DNA of 64,000 nt from Octopus vulgaris (taxonomy: Eukaryota): assembly GCA_951406725.2 (NCBI GenBank), contig OX597831.1, positions 73,098,001-73,162,000 on the forward strand. Reading direction: 5' to 3'. Each line of letters starts with the position of its first letter. The first letter of the stretch is position 1. A program made the position numbers and the translations under genes. This document shows, in pieces, positions 11,732-54,902 of the stretch. The notes beneath the pieces were generated by a model. It was not told where the DNA came from. It searched no databases and worked only from the letters and a program-made list of their open reading frames with translations.

Positions 11732-14609
11732 CAATGGCCTAGTGGTTAGGGCAGCGGACTCGCGGTCGCAGGATCGCGGTTTCGATTCTCAGACCGGGCG
11801 TTGTGTGTGTTTATTGAGCGAAAACACCTAAAAGCTCTACGAGGCTCCGGCAGGGGGTGGTGATCCCTGCTGTACTCTTTCACCACAATGGCGGTGCCCC
11901 AGCATGGCCACAGCTCAAGAGCTGAAACTGGAAAAACAAAATATATATAAGGCGAGCTGGCAGAAACGTTAGCACGCCGGGTGAAATGCGTAGCCGTATT
12001 TCGTCTGTCATTACGTTCTGAGTTCAAATTCCGCCGCGGTCGACTTTGCCTTTCATCCTATCAAGGTCGATAAATTAAGTACCAGTTACGCACTGGGGTC
12101 AATATAATCGACTTAATCTCTTTGTCTGTCCTTGTTTGTCCCTTCTGTTTGTTTAGTAAAGAAATAAATATAAATAATATATAAATATATCCATATATAC
12201 ATACATATATGTACATACCTACATATATATATGTATATATACATGCATATTTGGGTACAGGACATTAAAAAAAATGTTGAACACAATGAGAAATGAAAAC
12301 ATAGGAACAAACTTTTTTTCAAACAACGAAAAATAAACAAACAGAGAATCGAGACATACAACATAAAGAATATTCTCCTTCTTCAGTTGTCCCACTTTCA
12401 ACTATTCCAGGTTTTGAAGGCAAGGATTATATATATATATATATATATATAATCCAAGTAATAAGACAAAGAAATTCTTTAACACATCTTTAATGATCAG
12501 TTACAATTTCTTCTGTACCATCTCTGCTTGCAATGCCAATTCACGTGAAAACTTACGCAATGCTTGCAGTTTTCAACATTAGAGTGGAACTTCATCAGAC
12601 TTTGGATTATAACGATAAACGCTTGTATAACACGAGTACAACTCTCTGAGTCTCCATGATTAGAACCTGGTGACAGGCCAAAGCAAGATGACCAATAATC
12701 ACATGAGACCTCATGTTTTACATCACAGTACCCCTCTCGTAGAAGGACGCTGTGAAAACAGCTACAGGACCCTCACACCCAGTGAATAATTTTAGGTATA
12801 TCTACTCATCTGTTTGGTTTTACAACCATTTTTACATGAATACACTTTTGAGGTATTGTTTTACAATGAAATACTTCTCTCTTGTTACTAACCCCTTATT
12901 TGTTTTGCAACTAAGGGATTTCTTATTTTGTCTTCAAAAGCATAAAGCCAACGGACATCATCATTCAATGTCCGCCTTTCTGGGTTACACAAAATTAGTT
13001 GAGGCAAATTTTCTATGGCTGGATGCCCTTCCTGTCACCAAACTTTGCCTATTTCCAAGCAAGCTAATATTTATTCACGACCAGACATGTTTTGGGAGAA
13101 GATTGGAAATGAACAACACCGCTTATATGTCAGTGACACTCATTTACAACTATTACATACTATCAAGGCAGACACATTAACATTAAATGTATTTACACAC
13201 ACGCACACATATCATCATCATCGTTTAACATCCACTTTCCATGCTGGCACCAGACTCCAATTTGATCTGGCAGAGTTTCTACAGCTGGATGCCCTTCCTA
13301 ACACCAACCATTCTGAGAGTGTAGTAGGTGCTTTTACATGCCACTGGCACGAGCCACGCTCAGATGGTGTTTTAAATGTGCCACCTGCACAGGAGCCAGT
13401 CTAGCGGCAATGTGCAGGTGGTACACACACACACACATATATATACATACACACACACGATGGGCTTCTTTCAGTTTCTGTCTACCAAATCTACTCACAA
13501 GGTTTTGGTTAGTCCAGAGCTGTAGTCAAAGATAATTGCCAAGGTTCCCCCGTCTTGGAACTGAACCCAAATTTCCATGGCCGGGAAGCAAATTTCTTAA
13601 CTACACAGCCATGCCTGCACACACACATAATCGAAAGAGTCACTATGTGGTTGCCCAACCTGCAAGAAGCAACAGTTAAACCTCTCTGTTGCTTTAAATA
13701 AGGAAGGGATATTTTCTAATGTAGTCTGCATAGCACACTTTTGATCTGATCAAGAGTCATCTCAGTCAGGACCACACCACACACACACACACACACAATC
13801 ATGCATAAATGATTGTACACATACATATATGTGATAGCTGTATACATACGCTATAACATGCTGATAAAATCACTGGATTTATTAAACTAGAGAAAGAAAA
13901 AAAAACACAGGAAAAATATAAACAAAAAACAAAACGAGTTTTCATAAAAATTGTGATTTAATATTTTTCAGTTCATATTCTTTTTCTTTGTTTTCCCCAA
14001 TTCTTCCCCGTAAACACACACACACACACACACACATGCTTTGAACCCCAAAATTATTCTCAGTTGCATTCACTTAACTGTATTTCTTTATCAGTCAAGT
14101 CTTTCGCTGTTCTTCAACATTTTGGTTTTTCTTCCAGAATCAATCTTCTTCACTTCCAAACTATTAACTGTGGAACGCATTCAGAATACCTTGGCCTGTC
14201 TGTCAATGCCGTTTTCTTTTTTTTTTTTTTTCTTCATTCTTTCTTTACCATTCCTTCTTCGCAACTCAGTCTCCAATTCAAAACAGATTTTAAACAAAAA
14301 CAATTTGAAGACAGACTAAAAACATCTGCCTCTCTTTTTTTTTTTTATTGCTTTCAATTTTGCTAATAATGTTTTCTTTTTGTGTCAGTGAAAGAACAGA
14401 GACAGATGAATTTTTTTTTAAAAACAGGCTGGAAACAGTTTTTTTACACCGCTTCATCTCTCTCCTCTTGTAAAGCACTGAGTTTGCAAGATGGTGACTA
14501 CAATAGTCAATGGCTTATAAACTGTTACAGTCTTTGGAACGGTAACAGGTGCCAGTAGTAGTAGTAGTAGTAATAGTAGTAGTTCTAAGATATGACAGTA
14601 TTTACGATG

Positions 14610-44129
<29,520 letters not shown>

Positions 44130-44529
44130 TTTGTACTGTTCTGTGTGTTGTTGCAGGAACCAGGAATAATGAAATTAAAACAGAAAAAAAAAAAAAGAAA
44201 ACGATATGTAAATATATGCATTAGAAATATTTTCTTAATCAAGAAATCAAGAAATTCAAAATATTTAGAATCATGTAAAAATGCAAAAATATTGAAGTCA
44301 AGATTATTTTTCTTAACCCTTTAGAATTTAAACTGGCCACATCCAGCCCAAATATTCTACTTGTTTTATGTTGAAACTGACCAGATCCAGCCTCTCACAC
44401 CTACCCTACAATGCCATTCTAAAAGTAAACAATCACATCTTTGAAATCTCGAAGCAACAAGATAATTCTGAATTAACTTTTAAAAAAATTGTGAATAAAT
44501 AATAAACATTTGACAAAGTAATGTGAATA

Positions 44530-44596
44530 AAACCTGATGATTGAATGTGGGACCTTTAAATCTTTAGTCTTACACTCTTTCAACTGAACCAGTTCC
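44530..44596 (-). pseudogene. Degenerate tRNA-Phe-like copy
   Basis: Minus strand gttcagttgaaagagtgtaagactaaagatttaaaggtccc..ttcaatc..ggttt aligns to metazoan tRNA-Phe gctcagttgggagagcgttagactgaagatctaaaggtccc; anticodon mutated from GAA to AAA. Confidence 0.6.
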
Positions 44597-47500
44597 ACAG
44601 TGAATAGCCTCATATTTTGAGTATTTGCTGTCATTAAATTGAAAATATGTTACGGTGTCAACACCACATAATGAGCATGTATGCTGGTGCTACATAAAAA
44701 GCACCCAGTACACTCTGTAGGGTGGTTGGTGTTAGGAAGGGCACCAAGCTGTAGAAACCATGCCAAAAACAGACAACTGGGGCCTGGTGCAGCCCCACCC
44801 CAGCTGGCCAACTCCTGTCAAACTGTCCAACTGCAGCCATCATGGAAAGCGGACGTTAAATGATGTAGTGTGTGTTGTTACAGTATGCGAAACAATATGT
44901 GTTTGTTAATGAGTAGAGAGGAAAAAGTTATTCCAAACTATAAAGTAGTTAGAAATATAAGAGGATTGGTTTGTCTTTTCACAAGTTTTAGATTTGTCTG
45001 AAATCTCTAGATTTACATAAATTATAGAATATACTGCAGCTTTCACAAACACTCATCTTAACACCAAGCACTTTTACTATCAGATATGTCAGAATTTAGT
45101 TCTGTCCTAGATGTGAGAGCAGTGGTACTGGTTGTGCTCCACACATACAAGCAGTGATACAGTTCTAGGCATTGCACACACAATAGTAGTACTTTTGATA
45201 AAAATTAGGGCACATGCTTTGTAAAGGGTCAAGGAAAATAGGTGAGAGTGGAAGCATTTGCTGGCTCAGGAGTGAAAGCTTAGCATTTAGGATGCAGTTT
45301 TGACTAAATTGGTTGCCATGACAATATCATTCTGTTGTGAGGTGTAGTACCAGTTGTGAGTTGCTTATGAATAGAGAGCATGTTTTCTTGATATATGTTG
45401 TGACACAGCATAGTTGAATGAAACTAAGTTGTTGTGTCCCTTACGTCATCATTTAGGGGACATTATTAGCATCAAATACATTGTATTTATTGAAATAATA
45501 GGTGCATTATTGTATCCCATCAACAAAGTCTTTATTAAAGTTGGCCTTAAATAAAACCACCAAGTCAAATTGCAGTCAAACACGAGACATATTCATAAAA
45601 AGCAAAAAACTTCCCAACACAGAAAGAGCAGCCATGTTAAGGTGCCTCTTACATGATACTGGTATTGGTCACGGCTATGATTTCACTTAGCCAGACAGGT
45701 TTTTCTCAAGCATGTCATATCACCAAACATGTAACACTACAACAATGACCAATGACGCCACAGTGTACCCATCAGAGGGTGTTTATAAGATCTCTGTTCA
45801 TAGAAACAGTGTATAGCTGTTACGGGGTTTTGTAGTATGTGAGTGCACAAGTTAAGGAAGGGCTGAAGGATACAGTTTGTAGATAGGTTAAGATTTGGAG
45901 GCTGGTTGATAGATTAAGGAATTATGTTGAATTAAAGTGTGTTGGTCTTCACACAGGGTCAAGCAATGGGAAAATAGTTGCGAAGAGTTGTCAGTGTATT
46001 GGACTTCATAACAGACTGAACAGTTCAGCAACAATTGTTTTGCTTAACCGGATTGGAATCGAGTTTATAATGTTGGGTTACAGATAACAGAATCTTTGGT
46101 GTTGAATGTACCATAACATTAGTTGAAGCCAGTGAGGGAACCTTTAAAAGGTCACCTGGCCTGTTTTGGTTTTCGTTTTTAATTGTTGAGTCTGAAGGAA
46201 GGGGCAGTCCCCATAATCTTTGTAGGCTCTTTGAAATTGGTGAGGTTCATGCTGTAATTATTGCAAATAATATCATTTATTTCTTTACTACCCACAAGGA
46301 GCTAAACACAGAGGGGACAAACAAGGACAGACAAACGGATTAAGTCGATTACATCGACCCCAGTGCATAACTGGTACTTAATTTATCGACCCCGAAAGGA
46401 TGAAAAGCAAAGTCGACCTGGGTGGAATTTGAACTCAGAACGTAGTGGCAGACGAAATACCGCTAAGCATTTCGCCCGGCGTGCTAACGTTTCTGCCAGC
46501 TCGACGCGAATAATATCATTGCAGAGCAACACCTGCAGGATAAGACACGACCAAATAGAAGATTCCAATGGGTCGATGTGCTGGAGGTAAAATTGGACAT
46601 AGTGGTTAGTGTAGGTCTGAAGGGTGGAGGTATGAAACCAGCCAGCTGTGTGGAACAGAGGCCATGCTAGAAATAGCAATCAAATCACCCTCAAACCACA
46701 CACACATCTATTGCCCTAAACTAGACAGGATGTCCATGAATGGAACGCTTCTGGCCATAAGTCTCCCTTCTCATGTTGAACTGGACAACCTCTTATTTAT
46801 CCTACAGACATTCTTTTTAACTGTAGGAAATTTTAAGTTCAACTGCGACGAGGAGTAAAGAATTGACCATTTTGAGCTCTTGAAGTTGTCTGTGCGCGAG
46901 GAAAGAAGTGTAATTGTGCCAAACAGGATGGACTGGGGTCGAAACATTTTCTACTGAGGAAGCCATTGGGCCAAGTGAGAAGAGTCACTCGTTTAAATAA
47001 ATACCAATTATTTAATTTATTTAGCGATTACAGTTGTTTTAACTGACATGTGAATATCTATTCACCACCATCGTTCAACTACAGTAGCAGACGGTGGCAA
47101 CAGTTACCACCAGCCACCCTTTGCAGCTTTTTTAATCAGTTATGGTTCAGTGGTTGGGGATCAGAGCGTGTAATGTATGTGTGTGTGTGTGTGTGTGTGT
47201 GTGATTAGACCTGGCAATTGGCGAGATGGAATTTGAACCCAAAACGTAGAGTCGGAAACGGATGCCACACGATTCTACCAATCCATCGCCCAGGATGAGT
47301 CGAAATAATGTCGAATCCATTTCCGAATAAGATGACAGCTGAAGCTGACCTTAGCGAGATTTGAAATCAGAACGCCAAGAACCGAAGGAATTACCCTAAG
47401 GCTTTCAGATTCAACTCTGACGATTTTAAGTCAATCCCACTACCAAGATAGTAAAATAAACAACTGTGAGACTAATACGTTAACGTCTATGAATACCGCA

Positions 47501-48429
47501 TGGGTGCCCGGTAAATAATTTGGACGGGGGACTATTCTAAACAGAAATTAAAAGACGTCATTTATTTTTGTTTATTACAGGAAGGCTTTAATTAAAAATT
47601 AAAATCGCTGAAGTTAATTACTGATAGGCTAAAACTAATTTAGCTAAATTGGCAATATAAATTAATAAGATATGTTACAACCTTTAAGGGACTGACACGA
47701 TATTTTCTTCATGATTTTCTGTCTAGTTAATAGTCAACAAGATTAATGATCGAAATTTGTACACCATCGTTAAAAGAAAACGGAGAAGACAATAATCCTG
47801 TTTCTTTCATTTCAGAAATTCGTCGAAGAATGTATTCTTCGACGAATTCTGGAACGAAGGAGATTATTAATCTTGTAATAGCAATTGTTTCTGAAAATAA
47901 AATACACTCAAAGTAAAAGTGTTGAAGAAGTGAATATTTTGAATTTGTTTCTGGCAATTCCGCGTTTTTAAACGACAACATACAACAATTACATACATTA
48001 TAGACATATATTTTTTTCCTGTTTTATGAAGATTCCTGATGTGAACCCGTGTATTGGATGGAAAAGATTTTCCAACTCGGGGAGAGGTGTTTATTCTGCC
48101 AAAAATAAACACACTGAGACTCAACTACCTATCCACCAATGTGCGTGTGTATGTGTGTCCCCCAGACATGGACATCATGAACGTTAGATCCTGACAAGAC
48201 ACCTCGGTTAGTCTCAATTGCTGGTTAAAAAGCCATTATCCGATTGATATCATCAGGACGACCATCAATACTTCAACATCCCCATTGCACCTCATCTTTT
48301 AAAAGATGTCTATAAACGCCTCGAACTTAGATTCATCTGTCTATACACAGACTAATGAATATAAAAGTTTAATGTTTCTTTTAGAAAAGGTTTTGCGTAT
48401 TTCCTAAGTACTCTCTTTGTACCATTTAT

Positions 48430-49065
48430 TTATGTATGTATGCTTCATATGTATATGTAAGTATGCTTTATATATATATGTATGTATGCTTTATATATAT
48501 ATGTATGTATGCTTTATATATATATGTATGTATGCTTTATATATATATGTATGTATGCTTTATATATATATATATATACATATATATATGTATGTATGCT
48601 TTATATATATATGTATGTATGCTTTATATATATATATATGTATGCTTTATATATATATATATGTATGCTTTATATATATATATGTATGCTTTATATATAT
48701 ATATGTATGTATGCTTTATATATATATATACATATATATATGTATGTATGCTTTATATATATATATACATATATATATGTATGTATGCTTTATATATATA
48801 TATATATACATATATATATGTATGTATGCTTTATATATATATATACATATATATATGTATGTATGCTTTATATATATATATATACATATATATATGTATG
48901 CTTTATATATATATATATACATATATATATGTATGCTTTATATATATATGTATGTATGCTTTATATATATATATATACATATATATATGTATGTATGTAT
49001 GTTTTATATATACATATATATATACATATATATATGTATGTATGCTTTATATATATATATATGTA
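48430..49065. repeat. Compound (TA)n/(TATG)n microsatellite punctuated by gcttt; similar low-complexity tracts at 43190-43480 and 16050-16240
   Basis: Direct inspection; explains the long YI/CM-rich spurious ORFs. Confidence 0.95.
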
Positions 49066-50180
49066 CGCGTGTGTGTGATGTATGTGCATAGAAGAGGAGG
49101 TAGATGGAAATAGTTGAGAAAGAAGAGAGACAGGGAAGTGACATGTGGACAATTGTCGAGTTTTTTTTTTAATCAATAAAAAGAATGGAGAGAAAGCGTG
49201 GCAAAGTTTCCAGACCAACTCATTTGGCATTCAACAGAATTCACAATTAACAAGAAATTAAAACAACGACGACATAATATTTCCTATCGGCCGTTCATAG
49301 AAAGACTTATAAACCTATGTATTTATTTATATACATACATGCAGACATATATATATATATACGGAGTGTTTTTAGGGGGGAAACTAACAAAAACATTCGG
49401 GTACGACTTTCATTCACGCATAAAACCTAAGAAATATTTAATTGCAAACGGAATGTTGATCAATACGGTTCGATACTTAACGACAGATGGCTGTCACTGC
49501 CAAAATATAGACATAGAAATGCTGAAACAGCCATAAATGGTTATAAATAAGAGAGCAAACCTTCAAGTGTGTCGTTGTGTGATTTAATCAAGTCAGGAAA
49601 AATTTAGACCGGCTCCGACTTACAAAACAGCCTGCAATGTTTGGGAACTTTTCATTGGATGTTCTTTACACGACTGACCAATAGAAATTGCTTTAACAAA
49701 AATTCGCAGTCGTCTAAATGATTTGCCTCCCTTGAATATTCAGTACAACAATTCGTTGCCAAGTTTTTTCTAATTTTATGAGTCAAGTTCTGTGTACGAC
49801 TTGGTATTCTTTTTTTTTTTAAATGTGGAACTTATTCTATCGGTTGTTTTGCTGAGCCGCTACGTTACCTGGACGTAAACAGACCAATACTGGTTGTCAA
49901 GCAGTCGTAAGCGATTTACGGACGTGAAACCCAGGGTAATCCGATAGACCGGCCAGGAGTGGCTTGCTTACCAACCACATGGTTCTCGGTTCAGTCCCAC
50001 TGAGTGGCACTTTGGGCAAGTGTCATGCAATAGCCTCGGGTCGGCCAAAGCCTTGTGAGTGGATTTGGTAGACGGAAACTGAGAGAAGCCCGTCATATAT
50101 ATATATATATGTATATGTATATGATATGAACAGTAGAGACATCTGATTTCAAATCTCAGTGTTTGAATGTTTTGCTTTTG

Positions 50181-50214
<34 letters not shown>

Positions 50215-50658
50215 CGTGTGTATATATATATATATACACGAGTGTGTGGTGTTTGTGTCTGTGTCCCCCCAACATCGCTTGACAACCAATGCTGGTACGT
50301 TTACGTCCCTGTAACTTAGCGGTTCGGCAAAATGCACCGATAGAATAAGTACTAGGCTTTCAAAGAATAAGTCCTGGGGTCAATTTGTTCGTCTAAAGGC
50401 AGTGCTCCAGCATGGCCACTGTCAAATGACTGAAACAAGTAAAAGAATATACTTTTATTCTTTTACTTGTTTCAGTCATTTGACTGCGGCCCTTGCTGGA
50501 GCATCATCTTCAGAGGCTTTCAGTCGAATAATGAACCCCAGGACTTTTTTAAAGCCTAGTACTTGTTCTATCGTACTCCTATGCTGAACGGCCAAGTTAC
50601 GGAAGCGAAAACAGACCAACACCGGTTGTCAAGTGGCGATAGATACGGACACACACAC

Positions 50659-50694
<36 letters not shown>

Positions 50695-50700
<6 letters not shown>

Positions 50701-51126
50701 AAAAAAAGTCAAGATAGAAAATGTTAAAATAATTTTATGAAAAAGCATTTCAGCACTGGTTTCAGTCATTGAGACTTTTTCAACTGTAAGTATGGAAAAG
50801 TTAAAAGAATATTTGTATGGTGTTGAAATACAAGGCGTATTTTCCTAGTTTCTACCTGTCTCTATCTCTCTTGATTACTCTTGTGGACTCGAGGTCGTTG
50901 TGCTTGAACCAACAAGAGAGACAGAGACAGGCAGAAACAAGGAAAATGCCCCTTGTATTTGAATACTACGCAAATATTCTTTTAAAAAAACTTTTCTTTT
51001 AACTTTTTCCAAAAATTTAATTGTTTTCCATACTTACAGTTGAAAAAGTCTCAATGCCCAAAACCGGTACTGAAATGATTTTTATAAAACTATTTTAGCA
51101 TTTTCTACTTGACTTTTTTTCCATAT
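50695..51126. repeat. Diverged inverted repeat (about 180-210-bp arms), Penelope-like terminal repeat pair
   Basis: ggaaaaaaagtcaag...gagactttttcaactgtaagtatggaaaa...tctctcttg mirrored at 50913-51126. Confidence 0.75.
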
Positions 51127-51379
51127 AATTCAACTCGTGTGTTCCTTTTCAACCTTCTACACACACACACACAACGAACTTCCTTCAGTTTCCGTCTACC
51201 ACTCTCAAGGCTTTGGTCGGCCCGTGACAATAGTGGAAGACACTCGCCCGTATATGTGCGTATATAGACATGGTTTAACCTTTTTCTGTATTGTTACCCT
51301 TAGCCCTATGTTTTCTTGTGTTTGTGCGTATATAGACATGTGTATGAAACCTTTTTGGTGCGCGCGTGTGTGTGGGTTT

Positions 51380-51434
<55 letters not shown>

Positions 51435-51830
51435 GCGAATAGTGCGGATGAGGTTGTGTACGTTTCAAGTGAGGGTGGATGAGTGTATACTTTTAGGCGC
51501 ATCCACGTAGGTGTGCGAGTGCACATGTGTAGGTATGAATATGCGTTCTTACGCGAATACTATGAACCATTTTACCCCCTTACTTTACTTCCTCCCCTTA
51601 CTTAGTGGTCATTCGAATAGCTCTTTTGTCTTAATAACGGTAAATCACACAGTAATTTCCCTTTGTATAACGGTCGTTTTTCATTGCATTTTTTTCCGAT
51701 GGCTGGATAACTGAAGAGAAAGTGGCGTGGATTTCCATCTCGGCATCCGAAACTCGGAGTTTTATCATGGCTACCGAATAATTGTCACATATTACATTTA
51801 CAGATATATATATATACATACATACATACA

Positions 51831-51879
<49 letters not shown>

Positions 51880-52293
51880 GATTTTTGGCGTAATGAGATT
51901 AAAAAAAAACCAAGGGTGTATAGATATTAGACCATTTATAGATAGGTCTTACAGCTGTTTCTAGAATATTAATTAATAATATCCCTTCATCGAAGACGGT
52001 GTGAGGGGGAAAATTATGTCATAGTTAGTTTCGATGTGATACAAAATAGAGAGTGAGGTGGAGGCAAGAAAATAGATGTAAGATATGTATGGGTATTGAA
52101 TTCGAAAATCCGTTTTATAGGCATCATGGTATATATGTGCAATATTCCAGTATCCTTTGAGTAAAAACCAAAAGTCCAACAGAGTTTAATATGAGTCCAT
52201 CAAGATGTAGAGTTTATAAGCAATGTAAGATTCTCTTAAAGTTGGTCATTCCCAGTAGGGAATATATATATATATATATATATATGTTTATAC

Positions 52294-52520
52294 TCAAATT
52301 AAAATCTAGAAAATAGAGAAGCAACGTTAATATAATTTATTAACAGCAAACTTTCAACATGTCCACTTACAGCTGTTTCGATTTTACCCAATAAAATGTT
52401 TTAATTACTGGAATTTAATTCTTTTGGGCAAAATCGAAACAGCGGTAAATGAGCAGGTTGAATTTTTGCAGTAGCAAATTGTATTAACGCCACTCCTCCA
52501 TTTTCTGGATTTTAATTTGA
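52294..52520. repeat. Diverged inverted repeat (about 100-bp arms)
   Basis: tcaaattaaaatctagaaaat...gctgtttcgatttt mirrored by aaaatcgaaacagc...attttctggattttaatttga. Confidence 0.75.
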
Positions 52521-54464
52521 ATATTTATGAACCAAGATTTATATTTAAACCTATTATTTTAGGAATATTACTATTCACAACAAAATAATAGGTAAGATAC
52601 CAGTAATTCATCGGATATTTTCTATCTCTTATGGTGGATTTTAAAAACCTTTATTTAAATACATGCCAAAACGAATTTGTGTGTCAGTGTGTCACACTTT
52701 GACACTCCTCTCTCACAATTCAATGACACTTCTTCTACTCCTCTGGCTGGAGTGAGAGTAATAGTAGACATAGAGACGGTGGGGGCAGTAGTAGATTGGC
52801 TGTTGAGATAGTAATGGGGTGATAGTAATAGTATGAACTGTAGTTGTGATAGAGGGGGAGGCGATGATGGTGTTGGTAGTGGTGGTGGTGGTAGCTGAGG
52901 CGGTCAAGCATGATGGTGATAGTAAGGGATGTGAAAGACAGCGGTGATGGTGGCAGAGGGGAAGGCGGCGAAGTCAAAGGTGTTGATGGTGGTGGCGTCA
53001 AAAGTCTGAATGGCGTGTGTACGGCAGTTGTGGTGGCGATGATGGTGGTACTGGTGATGGTTAAGAACAATCGACAGGAGAGAAAGAAAGAGGTTAGACA
53101 GACAAAAAAAACTGTACTGAACCCCGAATGGGAAGACAAAAAATGTTGCTTATCATGAAACTTTGCAATAAATTGTTAATTGCTTGAAAAATATTGGTTA
53201 AGTTTAATACAATTTAATATGTACTCAATGCATGAAGTGTCGTTATTGGGCTCAAGGCCACTGAAGAGCCCTCCACAGGAGCTAGCTTAATCTAGTATGT
53301 GTGTGTGTTGATATGGCTTTAAGGGAAGACGTGTCACGGACTGGAATCGAAAATTTAGCTTTAGTTTCTTTTGTCTCGGTACTGAGATGTGTAAATCAGC
53401 ATGATGAGAAACTAGGAAGTGGTGCCATCCATTGTTTCTGTACAAGGGATTTAGCAATGCGAACAAAAAAAATATATAAATAAATAAACAGCCCAGACCA
53501 GCCTAGAAATCGAAACCAGAATGCCAACATGATCATCCAATACATTGATTTCAAATTTTGGCACAAGGTCAGCAATTTCGGAGGTGGGGAGATATCACAA
53601 AGAATTTCGTTCGACTCTCTAATGATTGTAGCAGGTTCGCCGCCTTACATGCTATTTAATGAAGTAAAATAAATTCAAGGACACTGTTGTATGTCAAAGA
53701 AGAAAGCGGCAGAATCGTTAGCATACCGGACAAAATGTTCTGCAGCATTTATTCCGGCTTTACGTTCTGAGTTATGCCAGTTGGATACGGGGTCCGACGT
53801 AATCGACTAAGCCCTCTCTCCACAAAATTTCAGCGTTTGTACCTATAGCAGATGAGGATGGCAGAAACGTTAGCACGCCGGACGAAATGCGTAGCCGCAT
53901 TTTATCTGCCGCTACGTTCTGAGTTCAAATTCCGCCAACGTCGACTTTGCCTTTCATCCTTTCGGGGTCGATAAATAAAGTACCAATTACACAGTGGGGT
54001 CGATGTAATCGACTCAATCCCTTTGTCTGTCCTTGTTTGTCCCCTTTGTGTTTAGCCCCTTGTGGGTAGTAAAGAAATAAGTATTTCGTCTGCCGCTACG
54101 TTCTGAGTTCAAATTCTGCCGAGGTCGACTTTGCCTTTTATCCTTTCGGGGGTCGATAAATAAAGTACCAGTTACGCACTGGGGTTGATATAATCGACTT
54201 AATCCCTTTGTCTGTCCTTGTTTATCCCCTCTATGTTTAGCCCCTTGTGGGTAGTAAAGAAATATATTTCATGAAACAAATTAATACATTCTGAGTTTAA
54301 ATTCCACCGAATACAACTACTGATTTTTATTCTTCCGGGTCGATAAAAATGAAGTACCAGTCAAGTACTTGTCTCATATATTCACCTGTACACCACTCCT
54401 AGGTTTCTGGCCTTGTACCTATGTCAGAAACGATTCGTCTTCTCACAATTTGGCGGCGAAGGTG

Positions 54465-54551
54465 GAGCTACCACGTGTTATTACATCAGCTTTAAGCAAG
54501 TTCCGGTTTAACTACTTCCTGTCTGTCCTCCTTCACCAGCTTGACTCCGAC
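54465..54551 (+). promoter_or_regulatory. Probable QARS core promoter / 5'UTR
   Basis: CACGTG E-box, TTCCGG ETS-type core and a pyrimidine-rich tract (cttcctgtctgtcctccttc) just upstream of the ATG; motif-based only. Confidence 0.35.
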
Positions 54552-54902
54552 ATGGCTTCGACCGAGTTGCTTTCTCTCTTCACCAGCATCGGACTTAGCG
54601 AACAGAAAGCTAAGGAAACTTGTAAAAATGCTGCTCTATCCAATACGCTCCGACAGTGCATAGAAAACGTACAGAAATTATCTGGAAATTCCTCAATAGA
54701 CAAAGATGTTGGCAAGCTGCTGTACAATTTGTCGACCAAATTGAAATCCCAAATTTACGACAAGATCCCTTTGTTAGTGGAATACATCGGTAAAAACAAG
54801 ATCACTTCGGACCTCCAGCTTGATTCGGCTTTGTCCTATCTTCTTTCTAACCCTACAGATCCTGTAGACATGAAAATGTTTGAAGAATCGTGTGGAGTTG
54901 GT
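54552..54902 (+). CDS. QARS1: Glutaminyl-tRNA synthetase, first coding exon (N-terminal domain, 117 codons); no further exon found in the window
   Basis: MASTELLSLFTSIGLSEQKAKETCKN...GKLLYNL...QLDSALSYL..FEESCGVG|GTAAGT resembles the eukaryotic GlnRS N-terminus ([20 protein letters not shown]...FERECGVGV, recalled from memory). Confidence 0.95.

Noticed and set aside
44960-46620. Possible Penelope GIY-YIG/RT remnants
   Set aside because: Too degraded to support by eye; needs a translated search
48417-49113. ORFs of 198-225 aa
   Set aside because: Translations of TA/TATG microsatellite
52735-53158. Pro/Thr-rich and Gly/Val-rich ORFs
   Set aside because: Decayed (GGT/GAT)n low-complexity sequence; no splice or homology support
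54369-54551. 61-aa N-terminal extension of QARS in the ORF track
   Set aside because: Non-ATG start within SINE-derived sequence; homology begins at ATG 54552
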